A stretch of DNA of 64,000 bases from Macrostomum hystrix (GCA_950097015.1 CATNEN010000033.1:2418001-2482000); one strand, 5' to 3'; shown: positions 23,143 through 33,791, numbered from the stretch's first letter. Notes: generated by a model not told the origin, from the letters alone. Made by a program: numbers and translations.

Positions 23143-26100
23143 ATGGATGGACTGAGGCCTCCAGAGCCGATGGTTTTTGATGCCAATCGCGCAGACAACT
23201 GGAGAAAATGGAGCAAAGCGATCGACTTCTACATGAAGGCAACCAAGAAGACGGAGGAGAGCGAAGAGGTCAAGATTGCAATCGTGCTGACCGCGCTCGG
23301 ATCAGAAGGACAAGACGTGTTCTCCACCTTCCCGTCCGCCGAAGTGACTACATACGTCGGGGTTCTCAATCAATTCAAGAACTACTGTGAGCCAATGAGC
23401 AATGAGACCTTCGATCGCTACCTGTTCAGGACCAGAGTGCAGAAGGAGTCAGAGGACTTCGATCAGTTCGTCGCCTCTCTGCGACAGCTCGTGACCAGGT
23501 GCAACTACGGGACACCGGCCAACGGCGAGTCAGTCAGCGACAGCGTCATCCGCGACCAGATCGTGATGGGAGTTGGCGACCCAGCGCTTAAAGAGAGACT
23601 ACTGCGTGAGTCCAACCTGACACTCAACCGTGTAATTCAGATGGGGCGAGCTTCGGAGACGTCAAAGCGACAGGCGAGCGCTATGCTGACAACTCAGAGC
23701 AGCCGAGCTGAGCCGTCAACGGTGGATGCTGTCCAAAGTCGACCCCGAGCACCAGCTGGGCCTCCAAAACCGCCTTCAGGCCGCGGCTGTGGCTTCTGCG
23801 GACTGCAGCACGAGCGGAGAAAATGCCCAGCTTTCGGTAGGAAGTGTAACAGCTGTGGTCGTCTGAACCACTTCTCGTCAATGTGCCGGTCCTCAAAGAA
23901 GGTCAACGAGCTCCAGGAGGACAAGCAGCAGCTGGATTGCGCAGACCAAGAAGCAACACCAGCGAAAGTGATGACAGTTGAGACACCTGAAGGTCAGCGT
24001 CTGCATGACTACACAACAATGATGGTGAGTCTCACGGCGAAGGATTCTGGCCGGAAGCTCCAGTTTAAGGTCGACACAGGGGCAGATGTCAACGTTGTTC
24101 CGCTACGATGCCTGATCAAGTTCGCTCCTGCGGCTGAAATCGAACCCACAACCTGGACGCTCACTACCTACAACAGACAGCAGCTGGATGTCATCGGCCT
24201 GACTCACCTGACAGTATCGTCTCCGTGTCAGAAAAACGTGAAACTTCAGTTTGTAGTCGTTGGAGAAAACGCGACTCCGATCATTGGCTGGAAGTCAGCA
24301 CTGCATGAGTTGCATCTCATCAAGAAGCTTTTTGCCATAAACAAGAGCCCACCCAATGTCAGCAAAGTAGAGAAACCTCACCAGTCTCAGATCACTAGCA
24401 GTCAGCTGATAGCAGACTATCCGACTGTGTTCAAAGGTGTCGGGTGCATGAAGCAGCAGTACACAATTCAGCTGACAGAAAATGCCGCTCCAAAAGTCCA
24501 GCCGCCACGAAAGGTTCCATTCGCGGCCTATCAGCCATTGAAGTGCGAGCTGGAGCGCCTGGAGAGAGATGGGACTATTGTTCGAGTAGACGAGCCGACT
24601 CAATGGGTGTCAAACGTCACCATTGTCTGGAAGAAGGACGGCTCGATGCGCCTATGCCTTGATCCTACATACCTGAACCAGTTCATCATCCGCGAATATC
24701 ACCCGATTCCAACGGCGGAGGAAGTTCGGATGGCGACTGCTGGAGCCATGGTGTTCAGTACATTCGATGCCAACGAGAGTTTCCATCAGCTCAAGCTAGA
24801 TGAGCAGAGTTCGTTCCTCACAACGTTCCACACGCCATTCGGTCGTTACAGGTGGAAGAGAGTGCCGTACGGCTTGTCATCAATCCCGGAAGTGTTTCAA
24901 AAGCGTATGGAGGAGAATGTCACCAGCCACGTCAAGAACTCGAAAAACTTTTTCGACGACATTATCGTGTGGGGGCGCACCATCGAGGAACACGACATCG
25001 CAGTACGCAGTCTGATGGAGCAGTGCAAGCGGGCCAACGTGACGCTGAATCCGAACAAGATGCGAGTTGGAGCCCAAGAGCTGAGCTACTTAGGCGATAT
25101 TCTTGGCCCCGATGGAATTCGGGCTGATCCGCAGAAGGTCAAGGCAATCAAGGAGATGACAAGACCCGACTCTCTGGAAGGCGTAACCGCAAAGAGAGAG
25201 CAACTCAGGCGTTTTCTCGGCTGTGTCACATACTTGGCCAGGTTCTGCCCGCAACTGTCAGCCACTGCGGAACCACTTAGGCATCTGCTGAAGAAGGAGG
25301 TCATATGGAGCTGGCTAGATCAGCACGACCAGGCGTATGAAGCAATCATCGCGGATCTGTGCTCGAACCGGGTGCTGGCAACCTTTGACGTAACCAAGCC
25401 CGTGACGGTTTCAGTCGACGCAAGCAAGAGTGGCATCGGCGCTGTGCTGCTCCAAGACGATCGTCCAGTCGAATACGCGTCCTCTGCAATGACCAGTGCC
25501 CAGCGAGCCTACGCACAAATCGAGAAAGAGCTTCTCGCGATTGTCTATGGCTGCAAAAAGTTTCACCGATACATCTGGGGCCGGACAGTGAATGTTCAGA
25601 GCGACCACAAGCCACTAGAGGCGATCTTCAAGAAGGCTCTGTGTGATACGACGCCTAGAATTCAGCGACTTATGCTTCAGTTGCAGCCGTATGACATTCG
25701 CGTCAAGTATACTCCCGGAAAGGACTTGTACGTAGCCGACACTTTGAGCCGAGCACACGGTGCAGCTGATCTCCTCACAATTCAGTTAGAAGAAGCCCTC
25801 GACGGTCAAGTCCTATCAGTCGAGTGCTGCTTCAGCGGGGACCGTGAGATCTTGCACATGATCAGGAACGCAACAGCCAAAGACATGACGAGCGAGCGGT
25901 TGCGGAACGTCATCCTGGACGGTTGGCCAGAGCACAGAACGAGATTGACAGACGACCTGAAGCCGTTTTGGGATGTTCGGCATGACCTGACCTACGCTTC
26001 CGGACTATTGTGCTTGAAGGACCGGATCTATGTTCCCTGCGGAGATTCGAGGAAGCAGGTGCTTGAAATTCTTCATGTTGGGCACCCCGGCATCGTAAAA

Positions 26101-27381
26101 ATGCACCTCAAGGCTAAGGACTATTTCTATTGGCCAGGAATGCGTAACTGTGTAGAGCAGGTTGTCACCAACTGCGAGTCATGTCAGCGGAACATGAGAA
26201 CCCAGTCCAAGGAGACGCTGATGACTGTGGATATGCCGGACTTCCCATTCCAAAATTGTTCAACAGACCTGTTCGAGTTCGGCAGCTCATCCTACCTGGT
26301 GTACGTGGACTCCTATAGTCACTGGATGAGTGTCACTCGAATGAGATCGACCACCAGCGCGGCTGTCGTGTCAGTGATTCGGGACCATTTCCAAAACTTC
26401 GGAGTGCCAGAGAAACTCGTCAGCGACGGAGGTCCACAGTTTTCCGCTCGGGAATTTCGACAGATGATAACAGAATTCAAGGTCGAGCACCGAACTTCAA
26501 GTCCGACGTACCCGCAATCAAACGGAAGAGCAGAACGCTACGTGCAAACTGCAAAGAACATGCTGAAGAAGTGCTCAGAGACCGGACAGAACCTGGAGCT
26601 GGCATTGCTTCACTACCGTAACACTCCAGTCGGCAGCGGCTTTCCGAGTCCAGCTGAGATGGCATTCGGTCGTAAGCTTCGGTGCGACTTGCCCGCAACG
26701 GTTCAGGACTTGCGGCCAAAGGAAATTCATCTACACTCAAGCATCGAGGCCTTTGAGAAGGAGCGCACTCGCGCAGCACAATTGTACAACCGAGGAGCTC
26801 GACCATTAAGGAGATTAGCTGCTGGCGATCTGGTCTGGCTCCAACGAGGTCGTCGTGACTGGGTGGCGGCTGAGATCGACAGCGAGCTGGAGAATTGTCC
26901 AAGATCGTACTGGGTTCGAACCGAGACTGGTCAGCTGCTCAGAAGGAATCGCCGCTTCATCAGGCCTCGAAAATTGGGTGTGCCATTGAGCGAGTCTCTC
27001 CATTGTGACAACGACGAAGCTGAGCAGCCGGCCTCCGTGCAGCCGGCCTCCGTGCAGCCAGCCTCCGTGCAGCCGGCCTCTGTGCAGCCGGCCTCCGTGC
27101 AGCCGGCCTCCGTGCAGCCAGCCTCCGTGCAGCCGGCCTCCGTGCAGCCGGCCTCCGTGCAGCCGGCCTCCGTGCAGCCGGCCTCCGTGCAGCCAGCCTC
27201 CGTGCAGCCGGCCTCCGTGCAGCCGGCCTCCGTGCAGCCGGCCTCCGTGCAGCCGGCCTCCGTGCAGCCGGCCTCCGTGCAGCCGGCCTCCGTGCAGCCG
27301 GCCTCCGTGCAGCCAGTTGAACCGTACAGGACAAGGCGTGGCCGAGTCGTCAAAAAGCCTATGTTCTATCATCCAAGTTAA
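23143..27381 (+). CDS. Gypsy gag-pol polyprotein, 1412 aa
   Basis: Two CCHC knuckles, protease KVDTGA, RT FFDD, RNase H VDAS...DHKPL, integrase HHCC plus DDE, C-terminal (QPASV)19. Confidence 0.97.
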   Translation: MDGLRPPEPMVFDANRADNWRKWSKAIDFYMKATKKTEESEEVKIAIVLTALGSEGQDVFSTFPSAEVTTYVGVLNQFKNYCEPMSNETFDRYLFRTRVQKESEDFDQFVASLRQLVTRCNYGTPANGESVSDSVIRDQIVMGVGDPALKERLLRESNLTLNRVIQMGRASETSKRQASAMLTTQSSRAEPSTVDAVQSRPRAPAGPPKPPSGRGCGFCGLQHERRKCPAFGRKCNSCGRLNHFSSMCRSSKKVNELQEDKQQLDCADQEATPAKVMTVETPEGQRLHDYTTMMVSLTAKDSGRKLQFKVDTGADVNVVPLRCLIKFAPAAEIEPTTWTLTTYNRQQLDVIGLTHLTVSSPCQKNVKLQFVVVGENATPIIGWKSALHELHLIKKLFAINKSPPNVSKVEKPHQSQITSSQLIADYPTVFKGVGCMKQQYTIQLTENAAPKVQPPRKVPFAAYQPLKCELERLERDGTIVRVDEPTQWVSNVTIVWKKDGSMRLCLDPTYLNQFIIREYHPIPTAEEVRMATAGAMVFSTFDANESFHQLKLDEQSSFLTTFHTPFGRYRWKRVPYGLSSIPEVFQKRMEENVTSHVKNSKNFFDDIIVWGRTIEEHDIAVRSLMEQCKRANVTLNPNKMRVGAQELSYLGDILGPDGIRADPQKVKAIKEMTRPDSLEGVTAKREQLRRFLGCVTYLARFCPQLSATAEPLRHLLKKEVIWSWLDQHDQAYEAIIADLCSNRVLATFDVTKPVTVSVDASKSGIGAVLLQDDRPVEYASSAMTSAQRAYAQIEKELLAIVYGCKKFHRYIWGRTVNVQSDHKPLEAIFKKALCDTTPRIQRLMLQLQPYDIRVKYTPGKDLYVADTLSRAHGAADLLTIQLEEALDGQVLSVECCFSGDREILHMIRNATAKDMTSERLRNVILDGWPEHRTRLTDDLKPFWDVRHDLTYASGLLCLKDRIYVPCGDSRKQVLEILHVGHPGIVKMHLKAKDYFYWPGMRNCVEQVVTNCESCQRNMRTQSKETLMTVDMPDFPFQNCSTDLFEFGSSSYLVYVDSYSHWMSVTRMRSTTSAAVVSVIRDHFQNFGVPEKLVSDGGPQFSAREFRQMITEFKVEHRTSSPTYPQSNGRAERYVQTAKNMLKKCSETGQNLELALLHYRNTPVGSGFPSPAEMAFGRKLRCDLPATVQDLRPKEIHLHSSIEAFEKERTRAAQLYNRGARPLRRLAAGDLVWLQRGRRDWVAAEIDSELENCPRSYWVRTETGQLLRRNRRFIRPRKLGVPLSESLHCDNDEAEQPASVQPASVQPASVQPASVQPASVQPASVQPASVQPASVQPASVQPASVQPASVQPASVQPASVQPASVQPASVQPASVQPASVQPASVQPASVQPVEPYRTRRGRVVKKPMFYHPS
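27025..27309 (+). repeat. 15-bp coding minisatellite (CAGCCGGCCTCCGTG)x19 encoding QPASV in the Gypsy ORF
   Basis: 285 bp equals 19 units, in frame. Confidence 0.95.
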
Positions 27382-27739
27382 GTCTACGTGGTGATGAAGA
27401 GAAGTTTACGTTTGATTTTGATTTGAGTTAAAGTTTTATTGCACTGATTGAGCGTTTGAACCCTTGTTGCAGTTTATACCGCAAGGACGTCAGATTTAGC
27501 ATTCTTTGACTGGTTAGGTGCTACAAGTCTATTGTTGTATTGCATCATTCGATTGAATTTAAAGTGCATTGTTTGTATCATTGTTGCCAACGTTATTAAT
27601 CCAGCTCGACTCAGTGATTCTAGTTTTTTATATCCGCTTCCGTTCGAATATGCTTTTATACACGCTTCCCGTTGGGAAATTCTGCGAAATACTTTAATAT
27701 TGTCATCGGTTAACAAATCTTATTTCGTGCGTTGGGAGA

Positions 27740-27930
27740 TGTTGTGTGTCGCGTTTTATAATCCATTACTAAATCAATATGCTAACTTGCTCTATGTACA
27801 TGCCACACTGTACAATGCCTAAGTGTACAATTCAACTCGCATCGCTTGACAATATATAATTCTCACTTTGGCCAACTTGGGCCTTAAGAGTTTTGTCGTG
27901 CCTAAATGTCTCGCTTGTTCCAACTTAACA
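27740..27930 (+). repeat. 3' LTR of the intact Gypsy
   Basis: Preceded by the purine tract GGGAGA and followed by the ACTAT duplication. Confidence 0.95.
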
Positions 27931-28187
27931 ACTATGGGCTCAAAGTACAAGACAATTCTCTTTTCAAGCTTATGAATAATGCTGGGAAATGTGATAAAAC
28001 CTAAATAATTTTTGTTTAGACATTAGTTTATTAAGGGAAGTACACAGACTAAAGCATGTGTATTTTTAAGTACCTTCTATATTGAAAAGATCAACAGCAA
28101 CGTTTTAATGCACAAATTTCGGACACAGTTTTTTTCGTGTCAAATATTTCACAATCAACCCAAGGAGTCTGCGAAGTGCATCCCCGA

Positions 28188-28684
28188 TCAGCCCCGGGCG
28201 AAGCGAAGACGTATCATCTGCAACTTCTTGTGGAATCTACAATATATTTCTAAAAGCACCAACAGACTCAGCAGTAGATAGACACAACTGGCGATCGCTG
28301 GCAAGATGGTCAGCACGAGACTTTTTCCGCCCAGAGCCGACTTGTTGGCAACAATGATGCTCTTCGCACCGCCGAAAACTAACACGGGATAGTTGTAGTC
28401 CACGGTCAGCTTGTACTTGCCCGCCTGCAGGCCGTCTGTCAGATCTACGCGGTGCAACATCTTTCGGAAGCAGGAGAACGCCGGCGTAGTCAACCAGATC
28501 CAGAGTTCGTCGGAGTCCGCGAACGGACTGACGTAGCGCTTCTCCGCCGGCTTCGGCCAGTTGTCCGGCTTCACTTTGTTCTCCAGCATCTTGGGCGGCA
28601 GGGCCACGTGCAGGCTGGCCCTGTGACTGGGCCAGCTCAGATTGCTGCTGGACAGGGGAACCGGGCTGCCCTCCGAACCGTTGG
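28188..28684 (-). CDS. CDC50: CDC50/LEM3 (TMEM30) P4-ATPase beta subunit, exon 2
   Basis: ctattcag acceptor in phase 1; ELWIWLTTPAFSCFRKM, YNYPV and LGGKS match CDC50 family motifs; second TM helix; TGA at 28188-28190. Confidence 0.88.
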
Positions 28685-28699
28685 CTGAATAGTGGTTTT

Positions 28700-29060
28700 A
28701 TTAGTGTGGGAACAGTGGTGCGCTGTGCTTGCTGAGTGTGTCTGTGGAGTGCTTGCTTTTTTGTAGTTTTTTGTGGATTTATTGAGGGCATATGACGGGT
28801 TTTTGTGGGTCTTTGAGGGTTTATTGTGGGTTTTTTCTGTTTTCATTGAGGGTTTTTCTGCTTTTTTGTGGGTTTATTTTCCGTTAATTGTGGATTTATA
28901 GGAGTTTATTGTGGGCTTGTAGTGGATTTATTGTGCTTTTTGTGGGTTTTGTGGGTTTTCTAGTGTTTTTTCTGGTTTTCTTGTAGAGTTCTGTGGGTTT
29001 TTTTAGTTCATTGGGTTTTTTTGCGTTCATAGTTTTGTTTTGCAGATTTATTGAGTTTTT
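28700..29060. repeat. T/G-rich low-complexity intronic tract
   Basis: Degenerate TTTTGTGGGTTT-type repeats filling the CDC50 intron. Confidence 0.7.
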
Positions 29061-29139
29061 AGCCTATACTGTTAAGACCTCTGACCGAAACGAGAGGTCG
29101 AGAGTTCGAATTTTAACCCAGGTTAGTTGTGGCACTCAC

Positions 29140-29755
29140 GCTGTTCTGGTCCGGTGATGTTCAAGGTGTCGTTGAATATGGAATTGGGCAGAGCTCCGCA
29201 TGGAAAAATCTCCTTGTCGTCTCGGTAGGTGTATTTGGTGCAAGACTCCTTCAGCTTCTCGGTCGGCGCACCCCGTATCTGGGGCAGGTTCCAGGAGGTC
29301 TGCATGAAGCGGTGATTCATGTAGACGTTGCACAGCTCGTAGTAAACATAAACCGGGGCGGCTATCCTCTCCGGCACATTGAAGGTCAAGTTGCATCTCT
29401 TCGAAGCCGAGTGAGATGCGTCAGTGGAAATGCAATCCGTGTAGTTGATCACAATGTCGATAGTTGTGACCCATTGGGTGTAGCACAGACAGGCCAGTGC
29501 AGCCATGACTGATGCAATAATGAGCAGGCTCCAGAACATCTGGCGCCAGCTCAGTTCCAGGTAAATGCCAGGCATCACCTGCTGCATAAATGGGCCGCCC
29601 AGTGAGCCCCACTGGTTATGTTCTGGATCAGGGGACTGGGCATGAATGTCGTAATTCGATCTCAGTGATTCCTGATGCCGCGAGTCGAACCGGCGCCGCG
29701 CGTTATTGTAGCCGTTGGTGCGGCCGCCTCGCCTGGACGTCGCCCGCCCTGGCAT
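29140..29755 (-). CDS. CDC50: CDC50/LEM3 (TMEM30) P4-ATPase beta subunit, exon 1
   Basis: TM1; YYELCNVYMNHR and PCGALPNSIFNDT family motifs; c|gtgagt donor. Joined CDS is 1113 nt, 370 aa. Confidence 0.88.
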
Positions 29756-30021
29756 GCTTTTTTTCTCCCTTACTTTTAGTTAAATTTCGGCTAAAGTGTC
29801 GGGGGGGCTAATTCCATTCTCGGGGGAATTTACAAATACGAGTGAGAAACAAGTAAAAGTGCTTTAAGCCATAGACTACGTAAAATTGTGCACTAAAATG
29901 CTGAGAAAGCCTTTACTGGATGTGTAGCATATATTTCTAGCCCTTAATCCTACTAACAATTTTATACAGTTAATTTTTAGCTCAATTCTATCGTCTTTAG
30001 TAGCGAATACAGGAAAATTCG

Positions 30022-30388
30022 TAACCGACAGTTGGGTAGCAGGCATTTCGGTAACAGACGATTCGGTAACAGACAGTTCGGTAACAGACAGTTCGGTAAC
30101 AGACAGTTCGGCAACAATACCATAATACTAAGGGATCTGTCTGTTATCGAATCGTCTGTTACCTAACTGTCTGTTACCGAATCGTCTGTTACCGAACTGT
30201 CTGTTACCGAACTGTCTGTTACCGAATCGTCTGTTACCGAACTGTCTGTTACCGAACTGTCTGTTACCGAATCGTCTGTTACCGAACTGTCTGTTACCGA
30301 CCTGTCTGTTACCGAACTGTCTGTTACCGAACTGTCTGTTACCGAATCGTCTGTTACCGAACTGTCTGTCACCGAATCGTCTGTTACT
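30022..30388. repeat. 15-bp repeat (CAGACAGTTCGGTAA)n arranged as two inverted arms
   Basis: About 6 units forward (30022-30113), a spacer of about 22 nt, then about 17 units in reverse (30137-30388). Confidence 0.9.
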
Positions 30389-30687
30389 AAAATTGGGCAG
30401 CTCCCTTAGTAGCCTGTTTTTATTGTGAAAAAGCACGATTCTGTAATTTGACAATTCTCCAATTATAATTCAACTCCGGCCCCCTGTGTCCATGGACTGA
30501 ACCGATGTACGCAGCCTTTAGATGTGCCGCGTGAAAACTGTGGCTGAGCCACTGGCTTCATATCACGGCCATCTGGTTTAGTGACATGTTTTTCTATCCT
30601 ATGATAATTATGGCAGAATAATGTGTTTTATGTGCAATAAATGTTTATTCAATGTACATTCAAACTAAAGCATTTCAGCAGCCAGTC

Positions 30688-31233
30688 ATGGACAAGTACA
30701 CGGTGATTAAGCAGCTTGGCTCGGGTCCCCTCGGCACGGTGCAGCTAGTCGAATCGACCTCTGCCGATCGGCTTCGCTACGCCCTGAAACGCGTCGAATG
30801 TCACGACGAGAGCTCGGCCAACAAGGCCTACAGAGAGTCGCTGAAACTGCATGCCATCCGTCATCCTTTCGCGGCGCCCTATCGAGAGATCTTCGTGGAC
30901 TGGAACGTTGATCATTCGTCCGTGTACGTCTGCTTCGTCATGGACCACTTTGCCAACGGCAGCCTCGAAAGCATCATCGCGCGCAAGCTGAAGGACAAGA
31001 AGCCGCTGGACGAGGAGATTGTCCGCAAGTGGTTCGGCCAGACGCTGGAGTTCTTGGCATATATTCACGCCAAGGGCCTCTGCCACGGTGACCTCCGGGC
31101 GTCGAACATCTTTCTCAAAGACGACTTAAGTGTTTCCGTTGGAGACTTCTGCGTGGCGACGGTGATGGCTGATCACCAGACTAACACTCGCTCCGACAAG
31201 GCCCTGATGGACAATATCGCTCCGGAAGTTCAG
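30688..31233 (+). CDS. STKLD1: STKLD1/SgK071-like kinase-domain protein, exon 1
   Basis: MDKYTVIKQLGSGPLG, ALKRVEC and IFVDWN...SSVYVCFVM resemble my recollection of the STKLD1 N-lobe; HGDLRASN, GDF and APE motifs; cag|gtac donor. Confidence 0.8.
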
Positions 31234-31296
31234 GTACTAAAATAATTTATTAAAACAGGCTCCGTTTTCTTGGAAAAATAAAATTTACAGTCTTTG

Positions 31297-31510
31297 GTCT
31301 GATTGGCTAGCTGGGGTTAGAGATCAGCTTTGCCTGAGAGGAGAATGTACAGTCTATGGTCTGATTGGCTAGCTGGGGTTAGAGATCAACTTTACCTGAG
31401 AGGAGAATGTACAGTCTATGGTCTGATTGGCTAGCTGGGGTTAGAGATTAACTTTACCTGAGAGGAGAATGTACAGTCTATGGCCTGATTGGTGGGCTGG
31501 GGTTAAAGAT
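31297..31510. repeat. 62-bp minisatellite in STKLD1-like intron 1
   Basis: GTCTGATTGG starts at 31297, 31359 and 31421. Confidence 0.9.
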
Positions 31511-31546
31511 TCTCAATACACCGAGCCGCAAATATATTCGCTACAG

Positions 31547-32098
31547 GCTGGAAGGCCAGCGACCTACACCCAGGCGGCTGACATGTGGAGCCTTGGCTGC
31601 GTTCTGCTGAGCCTGATGCTGTGCACTGAACAGTCTGGCGAGTCTCTCAGTCAGATGCTGGCCCGCTACAAGGCCGAGTCCGCCAAGACCGGCGCCCAAT
31701 CGCGTATCGTGGAGCAGTCGCTTGCCGCTGTGGAGTCTGTGTACTCCCCGGAGCTGCGGACCGCCGTCCTGGCCCTGTTGGCCGTGTCGCCAGCTGACCG
31801 TCCGGCAATGCCGGGGCTGCTGGAGACTCCGCTGGCCCGCGACTGCCTGAACCTTGCCGGCTCAGCCATGGCCGACAGGCGCCGGAAGCAGGAGGTCACC
31901 ACCAAGGACCGTCCAGTTCCTACCGGCGCTGGCCTGGAGCCCCTGCTAGAGTACGTAGAACGCGAGCTCAACAACGAAAACTGCTTCCGCGAGGCCCTGG
32001 AGGAGCTGTGCGCTCAGCTTAGGTCGGCTGGCAGCCTCAGTGCCGAACAGCTGCGCACCCTGCATCAGGGCCTGCGCTCTCACCTGGCTAGCGAACAG
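31547..32098 (+). CDS. STKLD1: STKLD1-like exon 2 (kinase C-lobe and linker)
   Basis: ADMWSLGC and PADRP motifs; ctacag acceptor and cag|gtgagg donor; 552 nt. Confidence 0.8.
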
Positions 32099-32269
32099 GT
32101 GAGGCTCGATGCTTCAGATAAGCTAATCTCTCATTTAGTGCGCATCAGGCTGCATTCAGTGCGTCCCTCAGGCAGTATTCAGTGAGTCCCTCGGGCCCTC
32201 AGTTACCTCAGGTACGAGAAGGATTGACTAAAATCAATCTCAGCTTCCTTGACAATATAAAATGCACAG

Positions 32270-32540
32270 CCTATGGTCATATGGCCATCATCTCTAGACT
32301 TAGGTTAGAGATTCACTTTGCCTGAGAGGAGAATGTACAGTCTATGGTCTGATTGGCTGACTGGGGCTAGAGATTCACTTTGCCTGAGAGGAGAATGCAC
32401 AGCCTATGGTCTGATTGGCTGGCTGGGGCTAGAGATTCACTTTGCCTGAGAGGAGAATGTACAGTCTATGGTCTGATTGGCTGGCTGGGGCTAGAGATTC
32501 ACTTTGCCTGAGAGGAGAATGCACAGCCTATGGTCTGATC
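32270..32540. repeat. The same 62-bp minisatellite in STKLD1-like intron 2
   Basis: GTCTGAT starts at 32347, 32409, 32471 and 32533. Confidence 0.9.
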
Positions 32541-32603
32541 GGAGTGTATTTCAGTAACAAAAGCCCAGTCAAATCAAGGTGCAGCGGCTCCCCAATCGGT
32601 CAG

Positions 32604-33119
32604 GTGTGCACGGCCTATTGCTGCCTGCTTGGCAACCTGGCCATCAGAGCCCCGCCTGGTGGACCCCTGTACTCACGCGAGTCCGTGGACTCAGTGCTTC
32701 AGGCCATGTCTCAGCATCCCTACTGCTCCGGCCTCCTCCGCTCTGCCGCTGCGCTGCTGATGGCCTTCGCCGCCGACAGGCGCTGCTCGCAGCTGATTGG
32801 CGAGTCCGGCGGAGTCGACGCCCTGCTGTCGGCCATCGCTGCCTCGCCGGACGACGCCGACCTGTTCGCTCTGGCCGCCAACTCGCTCTGGTCGCTGAGC
32901 GCCTACGCCCCGAATGCCCGCCGATGTCTGGAGCGGGACGGCCTTCTGCTGGTGACGCGGGCGATGACGCGCTTCTCGGAGTCGCCAGAGGTGCAGGAGC
33001 ACGGCTCCGCCCTGCTGCTGGCGTTCAGCATGTCGCCGGAGGCGGTTCAGCGGGCCGGCGAGCACGCGGTGGTTGAGCTGCTGCTGCGAGCCCTGGCCAA
33101 GCACCGCAGATTCACCAAG
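32604..33119 (+). CDS. STKLD1: STKLD1-like exon 3 (armadillo-type repeats)
   Basis: Helical ARM-like pattern (GGVDALLSAI, EVQEHG); ggtcag acceptor and aag|gtgggg donor; 516 nt. Confidence 0.78.
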
Positions 33120-33419
33120 GTGGGGATAGAACCCACTGCTGGTCTTGTGACTGCCTTGTGCCCTCACTCTTTTGCCACTCTAATATCACTATAGTATCAC
33201 TCGATTGTTACTCTAATATCACTCCGTTGTCACTCCAATGTCATTCGATTGTCGCTCAAGTCACTTGATTGTCACTCCATGCACTCGATTATTGCTCTTT
33301 CACTGTTGTTTAATTTTAACTCGGCTGTGCCTCTTCTTTCACTCGACTGTCACTCTTATTTCACTCCATTGTCACTCCGCCGTCACTCGCGCATCGCTAA
33401 ACTGTTCCTCAAACGCCAG

Positions 33420-33791
33420 GTGGTCCGCAACGCCGCCCTCGCATTGGCCAGCTTTGTGGAATCCGACGAAGAGTGCGGCCTGACCGTGCTGGACTGCGAT
33501 GCCAGGCTGGACTCTGCCGACGGTGACGACGCTGGCAAAGCCCTGGCCGGCCTGCCAGTCCTTGCCGAGGCCTTCCACGTGCACCGCGACAACGTGGAGG
33601 TGGCCGAAGCCATCGCCAGCCTGCTGCGCGAGCTGTGCATGTACCCCGAGCTGGTCAAGAATGTCGTGGACATCAACCAGATGATTGACCTGGTCAATCT
33701 GGTTCGCAAGCGATTCCTTAAAACACCGGCAATTTCAAAGCCGCTGGATGAAGCCCTGAGAAGTCTGGAGACCGTGCGTTTTGTGGAGTGA
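33420..33791 (+). CDS. STKLD1: STKLD1-like exon 4 (terminal)
   Basis: cgccag acceptor; HRDNVEVAEAIASLL ARM pattern; TGA. Joined CDS is 1986 nt, 661 aa. Confidence 0.78.
   Translation: MVRNAALALASFVESDEECGLTVLDCDARLDSADGDDAGKALAGLPVLAEAFHVHRDNVEVAEAIASLLRELCMYPELVKNVVDINQMIDLVNLVRKRFLKTPAISKPLDEALRSLETVRFVE

Larger units (their letters stand above)
22901..27930 (+). mobile_element. Full-length Ty3/Gypsy LTR retrotransposon (Mag-like), recent insertion
   Basis: Identical 191-bp LTRs (22901-23091 and 27740-27930, TG..CA); 5-bp target duplication ACTAT at 22896-22900 and 27931-27935; single intact ORF. Confidence 0.97.
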
